Below are positions 11,011 through 21,427 of a DNA stretch of 64,000 bases, piece by piece. This DNA is from Salinispira sp. Lineage in GTDB: Bacteria; Spirochaetota; Spirochaetia; DSM-27196; Salinispiraceae. A model generated the notes under the pieces. The model was not told the origin of the DNA, did not search any database, and saw nothing but the letters and a program-made list of their open reading frames with translations. Within the stretch, counting starts at the first letter, position 1. Each line of letters begins with the position of its first letter. The position numbers and the translations under genes were made by a program. The DNA lies in contig CBDDDG010000021.1 of NCBI GenBank assembly GCA_965226555.1, positions 64,001 through 128,000 of the forward strand, in the 5' to 3' direction.

Positions 11011-11475
11011 ATGAATATTGATACAGTGGTTAATGTCATTCTTCAATTAGCGAATAAGAAAAAACTTATTGTGCGGCCAATGAAATTACAAAAACTTCTT
11101 TGGTTTGCTCATGGTTGGTATATGGTATGGAATAAAGATTCAGAATTAAAGGGATTAATTTCTCATTCTTTTGAAGCATGGCCGTATGGACCTGTTATTC
11201 CTTCTGTTTATCATGAGTTCAAACATTTTCGTTCCAATCCTATTGATGATTTTATGTATAGAAATAATGATGAGTACTATACATCTACCAATGCGCAGGT
11301 GAAATATGTTTGTGGAGAAGTTATACGAGTTTATGGAGAAATGACCGACATATACTTATCGGGTCTAACGCATAATTTAAATGGCGCGTGGTGGAAAGCC
11401 TTTTCAAAAGGCATGGGAAGTGTAATAGATCAATCGGATATTTTCGAGGAATTTAGTGAAAAATCAAGCGGATGA
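11011..11475 (+). CDS. Panacea / SocA (DUF4065) antitoxin-domain protein
   Basis: PMKLQKLLWFAHG, FEAWPYGPV and LSGLTH..GAW; RBS GGGAGG. Confidence 0.88.
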   Translation: MNIDTVVNVILQLANKKKLIVRPMKLQKLLWFAHGWYMVWNKDSELKGLISHSFEAWPYGPVIPSVYHEFKHFRSNPIDDFMYRNNDEYYTSTNAQVKYVCGEVIRVYGEMTDIYLSGLTHNLNGAWWKAFSKGMGSVIDQSDIFEEFSEKSSG

Positions 11476-11787
11476 GTTTAAAGGGTTTACCGAAGAAAAA
11501 ATCCCACAACCACATAATAAATTGGACTCTTTGGACTCTTCAAATCCTGACAAAAAAGAAGAGAAAGCGCATAGTACAAAGTTTTGCAAAATGCAAAACT
11601 TTCTATAAAATAGGAGAATGCTAAGCACAAAGAAAGTATTCCAGATCGGAAACTTTGGCTACTGGAAATTGCGCAAGCGCAATTTTCCAATGCAAAAGTT
11701 TCTAGTAGAAGATTACACAGATTAGCAACAGCACGATGGACTATATGGGGAGGAATATTGAGTAGAAACTTTTGCATTGGAAAATTT
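11456..11787 (+). pseudogene. Putative Panacea partner (toxin) gene interrupted by a MITE
   Basis: GTG overlaps the end of the Panacea gene. Removing 11577-11702 plus one TSD gives a continuous frame ...KKEEKAHS-RRLHRLATARWTIWGGILSR, which then runs into a second MITE end. Confidence 0.55.
11577..11702. mobile_element. MITE family A, full 126-bp copy with TSD TAGTA
   Basis: Short hairpin, spacer and long hairpin; TAGTA at 11572-11576 and 11703-11707. Confidence 0.88.
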
Positions 11788-11847
11788 CATGAAGAAATAC
11801 CCATTTAATCCTGAATTATTCCGAGATGCGCAGGAAGAGACGCAAAA

Positions 11848-13461
11848 ATGACCGCAAAAATGCAAAAACAATTGGGGGAAGTCCTCTGGGCAATTGCCGA
11901 CCGGCTGCGGGGCGCAATGAATGCGGACGATTTTAGAGATTACATGCTCTCATTTATTTTCCTGCGTTATATTTCGAGTACCTATGAAAATTCCGCACGG
12001 GAGGAATTGGGACCAGACTACCCCGAAAAAAATTCTGCGGACGCTGGAACCCCATTGCAAACATGGTATACGAACAATGCCGACGACATTGACGAATTCG
12101 AAGAAACCATGCGCCGCAGCGTTCACTACGTGGTGCAGCCCGAGTACCTGTGGAGCCATATCTCTGAACTGGCGAGAACTCACAATGCCCACCTTCTCGA
12201 CACCCTTCAGAGGGGCTTCGCATACATTGAGAATGAATCATTCAAAAGCACCTTTCAGGGGCTTTTTTCCGAAGTCAACCTCACATCTGAAAAGCTCGGA
12301 AGGAATTATGAGGCTCGGAATACACTGCTTTGCAAAATTGTCAATGAAATAGCGAGGGGGCTGAACGAATTCCCGACCAACAGCGACATTTTGGGCGATG
12401 CCTATGAATACCTCATTGGTAAATTCGCTGCCGGAGCGGGCAGAAAGGCAGGTGAGTTTTATACTCCGCAAATCCTCTCCAGCATTCTCTCTGCCATTGT
12501 CGCGCTCGACAGTCAGGACCCATCGCAGGGCGAAAAGAAACACCTTGAAAGCGTTTTTGACCCGGCCTGCGGGTCGGGTTCCCTGCTTCTGAATGTGCGA
12601 AAGCGACTCGGCCCGCATGGCATTGGCAAAATTTATGGTCAGGAAAAAAACATTACTACCTACAATTTGGCGCGCATGAACATGCTTCTGCATGGGGTTA
12701 AGGACTCTGAATTTGAAATGTACCATGGCGATTCGCTGACCAACAATTGGGATATGCTCAGAGAACAGAACCCCGCCAAAAAAACCTCTTTCGATGCCGT
12801 GGTGGTGAATCCTCCCTTCAGCTTGCGCTGGGATCCATCGGATGCTCTGGCGGATGATATGCGCTTCACAAACTATGGGCTTGCCCCCCGATCGGCTGCC
12901 GACTTCGCATTTCTCCTGCACGGGTTTCATTACCTGAAAGATGACGGCACCATGGCAATTATTCTGCCCCACGGTGTTTTGTTCCGCAGCGGCGCAGAAT
13001 ACAGAATGCGCCGCAAGCTCCTGCGAGATGGACACATTGATACTATCATTGGTCTCCCTCACAACCTCTTTTATTCAACGGGTATTCCCGTGTGCATTGT
13101 GGTTCTCAAGAAATGTAAGAAGCCCGATGACATTCTGTTCATTGATGCCAGTAAACAGTATGAAAAAGGCAAACGTCAGAATTATCTGGAAAAAGAACAC
13201 ATCGATAAAATCATAGCAACGTATCAATTCCGTAAGGAGGAGAAGCGCTACTCCCGCTGTGTTTCCATGGAGGAAATTGATGAGAACGATTACAACTTAA
13301 ACATTTCACGCTACATCAGCACCCAGGAACCCGAAAAGGAAATTATTCTCAAAGACGTACATTATGCCATACAAACTTTGGAAAGCGAGATTAGCGAGAA
13401 CACAAACGTGCATAACAGCTATCTGGAAGAGTTAGGCTTGGACCCCCTGCCGCGTTCCTGA
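11848..13461 (+). CDS. hsdM: Type I restriction-modification methyltransferase subunit M
   Basis: GEFYTP, DPACGSGSLL, NPPF and PHGVLFR motifs. Confidence 0.96.
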   Translation: MTAKMQKQLGEVLWAIADRLRGAMNADDFRDYMLSFIFLRYISSTYENSAREELGPDYPEKNSADAGTPLQTWYTNNADDIDEFEETMRRSVHYVVQPEYLWSHISELARTHNAHLLDTLQRGFAYIENESFKSTFQGLFSEVNLTSEKLGRNYEARNTLLCKIVNEIARGLNEFPTNSDILGDAYEYLIGKFAAGAGRKAGEFYTPQILSSILSAIVALDSQDPSQGEKKHLESVFDPACGSGSLLLNVRKRLGPHGIGKIYGQEKNITTYNLARMNMLLHGVKDSEFEMYHGDSLTNNWDMLREQNPAKKTSFDAVVVNPPFSLRWDPSDALADDMRFTNYGLAPRSAADFAFLLHGFHYLKDDGTMAIILPHGVLFRSGAEYRMRRKLLRDGHIDTIIGLPHNLFYSTGIPVCIVVLKKCKKPDDILFIDASKQYEKGKRQNYLEKEHIDKIIATYQFRKEEKRYSRCVSMEEIDENDYNLNISRYISTQEPEKEIILKDVHYAIQTLESEISENTNVHNSYLEELGLDPLPRS

Positions 13462-13483
13462 CCCGCATTCAGAGGTTTTATCC

Positions 13484-14062
13484 ATGAGAAATGTTACCGC
13501 TACAATCCGACTCGCCGCGCTTCTTACGGTTTTTCTCTGTTCCTGCGCGACAGCGCATCAATCTGCAAAAATCGACCCACACGCAAAAATCGACCAGCCC
13601 CCCGAAAAATCTGCCGAATCTGAAAAATCCACATCTGCCAAAAAAATCGACCAGCATGCCAAAAAAGAACTATTCCAAGTAAGCGGAGAAGTATACAATG
13701 AGGTTTTCCATGAAGTGCGGAGAATTATTCAGGAGCTCGATGATATTATTCAGGGCAGGCAATTTTCGGCATGGCTTGAATACTTGAGCGATGACTACCG
13801 AATGCGCTATAATGACCCCGAGACCCTTGAGGTAATTTCGGGGAGTAGACGGCTACGCGCTGAAAACATTATACTGAAGAACATTGAAGATTTTTTTACC
13901 CATGTGGTGGTGCCGAGCAGGGTACATTACCGGCTGGATAAGCTTATTTTCATTAGTGAAGTAGATGTAGAGGCAATTATGATTGTTAATAATGAATCGA
14001 TAGTTGCATATCAACTACATTTTACAAATGGGTATTGGAAAATTATTGATAATACTATATAA
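13484..14062 (+). CDS. Hypothetical lipoprotein
   Basis: Signal peptide ending LCSC; short AKID repeats. Confidence 0.7.
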   Translation: MRNVTATIRLAALLTVFLCSCATAHQSAKIDPHAKIDQPPEKSAESEKSTSAKKIDQHAKKELFQVSGEVYNEVFHEVRRIIQELDDIIQGRQFSAWLEYLSDDYRMRYNDPETLEVISGSRRLRAENIILKNIEDFFTHVVVPSRVHYRLDKLIFISEVDVEAIMIVNNESIVAYQLHFTNGYWKIIDNTI

Positions 14063-14120
14063 TTGTGCCGATATCATAAGAGAAACTTTTCCAATGCAAA
14101 AGTTTCTACAAGGAGCATTT

Positions 14121-14801
14121 ATGAAGAGGTATAGGGGAATCTTTTCCGTTATTTTCTTATTTGCAATAGCATTACTGCCGGCCCAGGAAACACTACGAAC
14201 CCTCGAGGACTTATATCTAAGTACCGATATTGAGGTTCAGCTTATCCTGAGTCAGGCTGTTTCTGCTGATCGTTACAGCAAACTTACTGCGCTCGATGTC
14301 ATTCGGGACATGCAGGACGGAGGAAGAATTCCGGCGAATGAGAATGCCGTTATGATTATTCTCAGCTCTCTTTCCGGAGAGGGTATTACCCGGATTGTTC
14401 ATTCAGACGGACGGATAGTAAACAATTTTCCCGAAGTGCGGCGTCAGGCAGTGTATCTTCTGGGAGAAATTGGCGGCGAACGCGCCATGGAAATACTTTA
14501 TACTGTTTTTGAGAATGATCCTGAGCCAATGGTTCTTTCCGAAGCCATTTTGGCTCTCACAAAAACGGGAATAAGCGACCCGCAGAAAGCTTCAAAATAC
14601 ATTTCCAACATTCTGAGGTCGAACACTCTGCATGAAAATCCTAATAACGGTCTTGCTTCAGCCTGTCTTACTGCGATCCAGGATCTGAGCGTCGTTAATT
14701 CAACTATTCTGACCGAAGTAATTGGCGTTGTCTCAGGTTTCTACATCAATAAGGTTCGTCAACAGGCCATTGACCTCATAAATTTTCTCAGAAATAGTTG
14801 A
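14121..14801 (+). CDS. HEAT-repeat exported protein
   Basis: Signal peptide; PEVRRQAVYLLGEIG and EPMVLSEAILAL repeats; RBS AGGAG. Confidence 0.8.
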   Translation: MKRYRGIFSVIFLFAIALLPAQETLRTLEDLYLSTDIEVQLILSQAVSADRYSKLTALDVIRDMQDGGRIPANENAVMIILSSLSGEGITRIVHSDGRIVNNFPEVRRQAVYLLGEIGGERAMEILYTVFENDPEPMVLSEAILALTKTGISDPQKASKYISNILRSNTLHENPNNGLASACLTAIQDLSVVNSTILTEVIGVVSGFYINKVRQQAIDLINFLRNS

Positions 14802-15457
14802 TCGGACATATCAGGCAACATTTTCCGAAGATTCTTACCGTTCTTATAATTGCCGGCATAGTCGGCATGGTTTTTGTGTTTTTGTGCTACCATCTGGTTT
14901 CCAGTGTAAGCAGGGAGAGAATTTTTGGAGATATGGATGACCTTCCCAACAGCAGAGTTGGTCTCCTTCTTGGTACTGCCCCCCGTTCCCGCAGAGGAAG
15001 CACGAACACCTTCTTCACCAACCGCATAGCGGCTGCGGCGCAGTTATTCAGGGCAGGAAAAATACGGTACATCCTTGCCAGCGGCGATAACAGCGATCTT
15101 TCATATAATGAGCCCATATATATGAAAGAAGCGCTTGTCGGCAGGGGCATACCGGCGGAGCGCATCGTGCTCGACTATGCCGGCTTTTCAACGCTCGATT
15201 CCATTATTCGGGCTCGAACAGTTTTCGGTCAGCATCGCTTTATTATTATCAGCCAGCGCTTTCATAATGAGCGGGCGGTATATATTGCCGTTGGAAATGA
15301 TATTGATGCCCTCGCGTACAATGCCGGAGATGTGCGGGGTTATGCGGGTCTCTATGCTCTTGTGAGAGAGTCGCTTGCCAGAGTAAAAGCTGTTTTCGAT
15401 ATTCGGATATTTAACACGCAGCCGAAATTCTCAGGCCCCCCTGAAACCATTCCCTGA
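14798..15457 (+). CDS. sanA: SanA/YdcF (DUF218) family protein
   Basis: ILASGDN, YNEP, DYAGFSTLDS and SQRFHNERA. Confidence 0.88.
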   Translation: MIGHIRQHFPKILTVLIIAGIVGMVFVFLCYHLVSSVSRERIFGDMDDLPNSRVGLLLGTAPRSRRGSTNTFFTNRIAAAAQLFRAGKIRYILASGDNSDLSYNEPIYMKEALVGRGIPAERIVLDYAGFSTLDSIIRARTVFGQHRFIIISQRFHNERAVYIAVGNDIDALAYNAGDVRGYAGLYALVRESLARVKAVFDIRIFNTQPKFSGPPETIP

Positions 15458-15549
15458 ACGGCTGCTTGTGGGCGGCTGTTTCTGGATGGCGGGGGAGCGC
15501 GGTGTGGGGCGCGCGCGTGTGAGCGGCGCAGGGGTGCCGAGGAGCGCAT

Positions 15550-16188
15550 GTGAAAGTTTCTCTGTATTATATTTTGCTTGTTCTCACAATACCCGCTTTC
15601 GGCTTCGACACCTCTGTGCTGGGCCTGTATACCATTGCCAACCGTACAGGTTTTGATCTGCATCACATATTCATTTCACCGGGCGACAGCAACAGCTGGG
15701 GCGCCGACATTCTCTCCTCCGGTAAGACTCCCGCTATCCTCCCCGCCGCCGATACCTACAGTTTCTATGTCCACTATGAGCTCAATAATCCGGTTTTTGC
15801 TCTTCTTGCGATTGATGAGGATGGCGATTCCTATGTCATGAATGAAATACCCGGGCAGGATACATTGTATCTGGAGATCGGCCTGGAGCATTACGATCAA
15901 CCATCCGCTCGGGTTCCGCCTGCGGACAGAATTGTCCTGACAAATGCCGGCAGCAGTAACATATGGTTCATGTTTCTCAGCCCCTCCGATTCTCTTGTCT
16001 GGGGCGCCGACATTCTCGGCGACAAGGGAATGTTTGAAAGCGGTGAAAGTATAAATATCCGCATGTATTCTGATGAAACCGATTATGATCTTCTGGGAGT
16101 AACTGAAAATGGGGAAATGTACTATCGAAAATTGACCATGCCGGGGGCAGGACGCATCATCGAGATCACCGAATACGACCGGCGATAA
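15550..16188 (+). CDS. Exported hypothetical protein with two internal repeats
   Basis: Signal peptide; duplicated SP.DS..WGADIL motif. Confidence 0.7.
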   Translation: MKVSLYYILLVLTIPAFGFDTSVLGLYTIANRTGFDLHHIFISPGDSNSWGADILSSGKTPAILPAADTYSFYVHYELNNPVFALLAIDEDGDSYVMNEIPGQDTLYLEIGLEHYDQPSARVPPADRIVLTNAGSSNIWFMFLSPSDSLVWGADILGDKGMFESGESINIRMYSDETDYDLLGVTENGEMYYRKLTMPGAGRIIEITEYDRR

Positions 16189-16220
16189 TATCAGAATGTG
16201 ACAGGCGATGAATTGATGTG

Positions 16221-16949
16221 TCAGATGATGTGACTGGCGATGAATTCAGATGATTTTCGGACGATTTCCAGCGGAATTGCATGCGCCCCGTGGAATGCAT
16301 GAAACGCGACATTCCAGCCCGCTTTCCGAAGGAGTTCCGCCAGCCTGCCTGCGTTGCCGAAGGAGAGAAGGGGGTCGTAGATGCCGTGGCTCTGAAAAAC
16401 CGGCGCGGGCGGGCAGCGCGCAATGAGCTCCGCGCTTACCCTTTCATCTATGAGGCTGCTTGAGAAGAGCAGTATCCCCCTCACGGGCAGCCGCAATTCG
16501 AGCACCGTCCGCAGCGCCAGCATTGACCCCTGGCTGAAACCGCCAATGAAGGTATTCTCCCAAACCACGCCGAGTTCCCGCGCATCGGCTGCCAACTCCC
16601 GCGCCCGAACCCCGAGTTCCGGCACCGATAGCTCAGCCATATTCTGAAAATATGTCCCCGCTGCAGCCAGTTCAATATGTTTCCTGTCGGAGGGAAACCA
16701 TGCGTAGCTGTTGGTCTGAATGCTCACCGGCGCGCGGGGAAACAGCCACCGAATATCACCCAATGGCAGCGATATTTCATGCGACAGCCCCTCAAGATCC
16801 CGCTCATTCGCCCCAAAGCCATGGGCGAGAATAATCGTGGTAGTTGGGGTGGTCGCCTTGTCCGCGCCGCCAGTACCGCCCGTGGTGGAAGTCGCTGAAG
16901 GCGCCGTGTCGTCCTGCGATTCAGCAGGAATGTTCCAGAAGTAATTCAT
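16221..16949 (-). CDS. Phospholipase/carboxylesterase (alpha/beta hydrolase)
   Basis: HGFG, GGFSQG nucleophile motif, HGIYDP and catalytic His in GAHAI. Confidence 0.9.
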   Translation of the reverse strand: MNYFWNIPAESQDDTAPSATSTTGGTGGADKATTPTTTIILAHGFGANERDLEGLSHEISLPLGDIRWLFPRAPVSIQTNSYAWFPSDRKHIELAAAGTYFQNMAELSVPELGVRARELAADARELGVVWENTFIGGFSQGSMLALRTVLELRLPVRGILLFSSSLIDERVSAELIARCPPAPVFQSHGIYDPLLSFGNAGRLAELLRKAGWNVAFHAFHGAHAIPLEIVRKSSEFIASHII

Positions 16950-17020
16950 TGTTTTCCTCGTTTGTAATAGGTATGGGGCAATTCAATTCTGAGTATGTAG
17001 TTTCCTTTCTTTGCTCATTC

Positions 17021-19651
17021 TCATATGAAGTAACCTTCAAAATTCTCTGCTAATTGCAGTTCAAAGCGTTCATATATTCGTATGTGGACTCTGGTTTTCA
17101 AATAATTTCGTTTTTCTTCCTCAGAGCCGTATTCTTTAAGCCAATTGGGTTCGTCTTTTAGGATATCTTCCAGTGCTTTGTGATCTTCAGATAGGGGACG
17201 TACATCTATCCAAAGTCTATCGACAATACCTTCTGAACTTTCACCTTCAGGTACAGGCGACCATTGTATCAATTTTCCAAACTTATTTTTATTGAGAATT
17301 ACTATGCCTTTCTCATATTGATGTATGGGAGGTGAATAATACACCGGAATTTTCAATTCATTGAATGTTAACTCACCTGCCCACTGTGACGGTGGATTAT
17401 GCGTATGGTTTATTTCTGTGAAATTATTATTCCTCCATAAATCACTATAGGATTCGCCAATAGCACATATGAAGTAGTCATTTTTTACTTCTAACTGACT
17501 GAGAAATTCATTCAGAGACTCAACACGTGGTTCTTCACAATGTTTTATTATTTCCTGAAGTATTGCACGCGATTCAGATATTCCCAAATCGTCACCATAA
17601 ATCTGCCCCCGGTTGTCATAGTTAACATGCCATTTTTCAAAAAAGGCAGCTTTATCAGATACTTTATTTAGTGAAAAATAATTCACAGAAGGGGCTGGAG
17701 ATGAATCCGTTTTATTTTCAATTGCTTCCCTCTCATTTAGTATGGTCCTTATTGGATTTTTTTGATCAGCGGCTTTAACAAGACATTCTTTGAACTCAGA
17801 AACTTTCTTCTGGCTAATTGGTTGTTGCGCAATTATATGTTCTAATTTGGTATCAATGTTATTCCGTAGATCTGAAAGATAGTCTTGCACCTGCTCTTCT
17901 AATGCAGACGGTTTTTTTTCTATGCCCAATTTTCTTAAAAATGGTTCGTTTTTCTCTTCCTCAAATATCTTTTTCATGTGTTTTTCAATATCGTCAATTT
18001 TATCTTGTAAACTGCGTAGGGTAAATTGATCGTAGTTTGATAGATTCACATTTGAATTGTCATTTGATGATGTTTGAGAATCAATTTGTGGAAGATACCG
18101 AAGAATGAGAATTGCATAATATTGCCGATAATAAAATTCTGAATCCTGGTGATTAGCAAAAAAAGGAAAAGATGTAGTATACGTATACCATGATTCTCCC
18201 GCAATAAGAAGTATGACCTTGTCCATACTATTTGGGTAAATATCATTCCCGCCCCACCATATTGTAGAATTTCTTGGTTGCTTAAATCCCCAAATTTCTA
18301 CTATATAGTCATATTCTTTGCTGAAAAGGCAATATGCCGCGATTCCATTTACCATTTTGAGTAATAGGTTAAACCGTAACTGCAGGGAAACATTTTTGTA
18401 GATAGTTGCTTTTTTATTATGTACATCTAGTGAAGGATCAATATTATTAATGGAAGTAAGAACCTTCTCACATTTCTGTTTCCATTCATTAAACGCGGTG
18501 AGAGAGTAAATGTTTTCGGCTAATGAAATTAAGGAAGATAGTAATGAATGTATCTGCCAGTATAAAGCACTATGTTCTTTGGTTGCCTTTCCCCATACTG
18601 CCCACCTAATTTTCTGCATTTCCTGATGAATATCTGGTAAGGGAATTCCATCAATAAATTGGAAAAGGAGAAAGGAAAATAAGCTCGTATCCCTTTCTCG
18701 AACTATTGCCTGACAGATAGTAAAAAAATGTTGATTAACAATATCAATGTAGTCGATTCTGAAGGCATATTCTTCTAATGGCGAAGTCTCAAATACTATT
18801 TTAGTGTACCAGTCAATAGAAGAGAATGCATTTGTTGGATTTTTCTGTATTGTGTCAATTCCAATTTGTGTCATTACGTTCAGGACAACTTTTATTATTG
18901 AATTGTTATTTTGCTTATTTGTTAATTCTCTTAATACTCTCTGCAACTGATTATTAATTGGATCTCCGTTTGAGAATAAATTACTCTTTAATGCTTCATC
19001 CTTTAATCTTTTAATTTGATTCAAAAAAGTCGATGTTATTGGGTAGTAGGTTTCGGGTCTTCTCAGGAGAATCCTATGCTTTATTGATTCTGGATCTGGG
19101 TCTTCCAGTTTTTCCTGTAGTATTTTAAGTAAACGATCTACAAAGTTAGTCAATTCGTCATGTAGCAATTTTTTCTTTTCGTTACGCAATACATAAACAA
19201 GCAGATCGCCAATATCTTCGATTGAGGGGATTAAATTTGTATTTTTTTTCCGATGTACTTTTTTATCAAGTTCCCGATAGAGCGCTTTTAGAATGTACTT
19301 TGTATTGTGCACCAATTTTTTGGTAATTTCTAAGCATTGGAACAGAAAAATAATTGAAAAGACTAATATAATTACTGATGATATGGTTATAAGACATACC
19401 AAAACATCAGGGAGGAGCTCCTGAAAAACGTAAAAACTGATTGGCAGTATAATATTAGAGGCAAGCAACAATGGGAGGAGGATACGAAACGCGAGTTTCT
19501 TATCGTAGATTTTGCTTGCTACTTCTGATCCAAATCGATTAGCCAAGTTACTTATGGTGTTTGTGGTGAATGGAATAAAAACAGCTAATACTGCAATGCT
19601 GAAAGAAGCAATTATTGTGTAAAGTGTTGGATCAGGGGTGAAATTACACAT
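17021..19651 (-). CDS. Large hypothetical protein with N-terminal TM helices (AT-rich, accessory)
   Basis: 876-aa open frame with about 3 N-terminal hydrophobic segments; visibly AT-rich relative to its flanks. Confidence 0.75.
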   Translation of the reverse strand: MCNFTPDPTLYTIIASFSIAVLAVFIPFTTNTISNLANRFGSEVASKIYDKKLAFRILLPLLLASNIILPISFYVFQELLPDVLVCLITISSVIILVFSIIFLFQCLEITKKLVHNTKYILKALYRELDKKVHRKKNTNLIPSIEDIGDLLVYVLRNEKKKLLHDELTNFVDRLLKILQEKLEDPDPESIKHRILLRRPETYYPITSTFLNQIKRLKDEALKSNLFSNGDPINNQLQRVLRELTNKQNNNSIIKVVLNVMTQIGIDTIQKNPTNAFSSIDWYTKIVFETSPLEEYAFRIDYIDIVNQHFFTICQAIVRERDTSLFSFLLFQFIDGIPLPDIHQEMQKIRWAVWGKATKEHSALYWQIHSLLSSLISLAENIYSLTAFNEWKQKCEKVLTSINNIDPSLDVHNKKATIYKNVSLQLRFNLLLKMVNGIAAYCLFSKEYDYIVEIWGFKQPRNSTIWWGGNDIYPNSMDKVILLIAGESWYTYTTSFPFFANHQDSEFYYRQYYAILILRYLPQIDSQTSSNDNSNVNLSNYDQFTLRSLQDKIDDIEKHMKKIFEEEKNEPFLRKLGIEKKPSALEEQVQDYLSDLRNNIDTKLEHIIAQQPISQKKVSEFKECLVKAADQKNPIRTILNEREAIENKTDSSPAPSVNYFSLNKVSDKAAFFEKWHVNYDNRGQIYGDDLGISESRAILQEIIKHCEEPRVESLNEFLSQLEVKNDYFICAIGESYSDLWRNNNFTEINHTHNPPSQWAGELTFNELKIPVYYSPPIHQYEKGIVILNKNKFGKLIQWSPVPEGESSEGIVDRLWIDVRPLSEDHKALEDILKDEPNWLKEYGSEEEKRNYLKTRVHIRIYERFELQLAENFEGYFI

Positions 19652-19746
19652 ACATATTCCTGCCTGCGCAGTATATTACAAATTGTTGTGTGGGTCAGTA
19701 AATTGCACAACCAGTACGCCACTAAATCCTCGCCCGTTTAGACGTG

Positions 19747-19916
19747 GGGGCAAATTTGAGTTTCATTTCGCGGTCATTGTATGTGTCCGATATTCATCAT
19801 GCCCCATAAATGTATTCAGCTTATCGGTAATAAGCTCGCGCCGTTTTTCCAAAAAATCATCGTACTTATCAAGAGTCCATAAGGACGGATCAATAGGAAT
19901 ACATTGTTGGATTAAG
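19747..19916. repeat. 170-bp duplicate of the DUF262 gene 3' end (other copy 21356-21525)
   Basis: Near-identical direct repeat at an offset of 1609 bp. Confidence 0.9.
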
Positions 19917-20038
19917 TGGCCGAACCGTTGCGGGATCGGAATCAATTTGATTAACAATGCACTAAATAAATACTGAAAATTTGATAAAGTGAATAATAAT
20001 GATTAAATTTATTCATAAGCCACAAACGGAGGAGATAT

Positions 20039-20740
20039 ATGGATATACCAACAAAAAGAATTGCCGTCTTAATTGACGCAGAAAATTTGTCCGTAAATTA
20101 CGCCAAGATAATTTTTGACAAAGTGTCATCATACGGCGATGTTATTGTTCGAAGGGCCTACGGCTTTGAAGGAACCTTCAAGAAGTGGAAAAAAGCGGCA
20201 TTTACACATGCCGTTAATTTTAAACTATGTCCGCACCAAGTCAAAAACAAGGGAGTGACTGATATAGCCATAGTCATTGATGCCATGGAATTAATGTATA
20301 GGAAAACGGTAGATGACATTTGTCTGGCAACCAGTGACAGCGATTTTAACACATTGGCGATGAAATTGCGGGAGGAAGGCATAAAAGTCTACGGAATAGG
20401 AAAAAGCAATACAGTGCAATCATTTATTAAATCATGTAATGAATTCCATACACTGCCGGACAAAGACGATCAAATTAATAATAAAGAAACAGTAGAAGCG
20501 GTTGAATTACATGAACAGGAACTACGGGGAATGCTTTTATCTGCCTGTGAAAATCTTCCCAGTGACAATGAGGGATGGATCAATCTGGCAAGTGTGGGGA
20601 GTTATATAAAAAGAATAAGTCCGCAATTTAATCCTCCTCAAAAACTTCTTGATCTGGTAAAAAGCATGGAGGAATTTTTTGATATCGACAAAGTCCCCAG
20701 ACAAAATGCGCCGGATGTGGCTTATATAAGGAAAAGATAA
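20039..20740 (+). CDS. NYN domain protein with C-terminal OST-HTH/LOTUS domain
   Basis: LIDAEN, TDIAIVIDAM, TSDSDF; C-terminal WINLASVGSYI; RBS GGAGGAG. Confidence 0.88.
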   Translation: MDIPTKRIAVLIDAENLSVNYAKIIFDKVSSYGDVIVRRAYGFEGTFKKWKKAAFTHAVNFKLCPHQVKNKGVTDIAIVIDAMELMYRKTVDDICLATSDSDFNTLAMKLREEGIKVYGIGKSNTVQSFIKSCNEFHTLPDKDDQINNKETVEAVELHEQELRGMLLSACENLPSDNEGWINLASVGSYIKRISPQFNPPQKLLDLVKSMEEFFDIDKVPRQNAPDVAYIRKR

Positions 20741-20791
20741 AATGATCAATTTACCTTTTATGCAGATTGCTTTTCTTCTTCAGATATAACA

Positions 20792-21142
20792 CTAAATTTT
20801 CTTCCATATTCTATAGAATTTTTTTGATCTTCGCAGGAACTCTTTTGAGCTCTGTGAGGATACAGCTTCTACGATTTCTTCACTCATAACTATTAGACCA
20901 CATTGATTACAAATATAGCCTGATGTTCCTGGCGGATTGATGAATGTTGAGATGATTTTATTATTTAATAGTGTCTGATGAGGACAGAATGTTTGTGCTT
21001 TTCGTTTTAAACGTTCTTTCCTCTCCTTCAAAAAAACATTCAGATCAAATTTAAAAGAAACAGAGAATGAAATTTTAATAAGACAGATTGAAACAATTGA
21101 TAAAAAAGCTATCCAGATTATTTGTGAAATATCCATACCCAT
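20792..21142 (-). CDS. Hypothetical membrane-anchored protein with a possible Zn-ribbon
   Basis: N-terminal TM segment; CPH...CNQCG. Confidence 0.6.
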   Translation of the reverse strand: MGMDISQIIWIAFLSIVSICLIKISFSVSFKFDLNVFLKERKERLKRKAQTFCPHQTLLNNKIISTFINPPGTSGYICNQCGLIVMSEEIVEAVSSQSSKEFLRRSKKFYRIWKKI

Positions 21143-21227
21143 CGTATCTATATGTACTCCTTTACTAAAAACCCGGACACAGTTCTTTTCGGAACCATGG
21201 TCGGTTTATTGATATAACCGAATCTCC

Positions 21228-21427
21228 GCTAACCCCCCGCCCGTTTCGGCTTGCTGGGGCAAATTTGAGTTTCATTTCGCGGTCATTGTATGTGCCCGAT
21301 ATTCATCATGCCCCATAAATGTATTCAGCTAACCCCCCGCCCGTTTCGGCTTGCTGGGGCAAATTTGAGTTTCATTTCGCGGTCATTGTATGTGCCCGAT
21401 ATTCATCATGCCCCATAAATGTATTCA
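21228..21427. repeat. Exact 100-bp tandem duplication spanning the DUF262 stop codon
   Basis: 21228-21327 equals 21328-21427, with GCT microhomology at the junctions. Confidence 0.9.

Noticed and set aside
12238..13062. Long antisense ORFs over hsdM, the AlbA_2 gene (32564-33538) and serS (36153-36890)
   Set aside because: They lie antisense to well-supported genes and have no recognisable motifs.
19763..19957. 64-aa ORF as an independent gene
   Set aside because: It is the duplicated 3' end of the DUF262 gene with a chance start codon.
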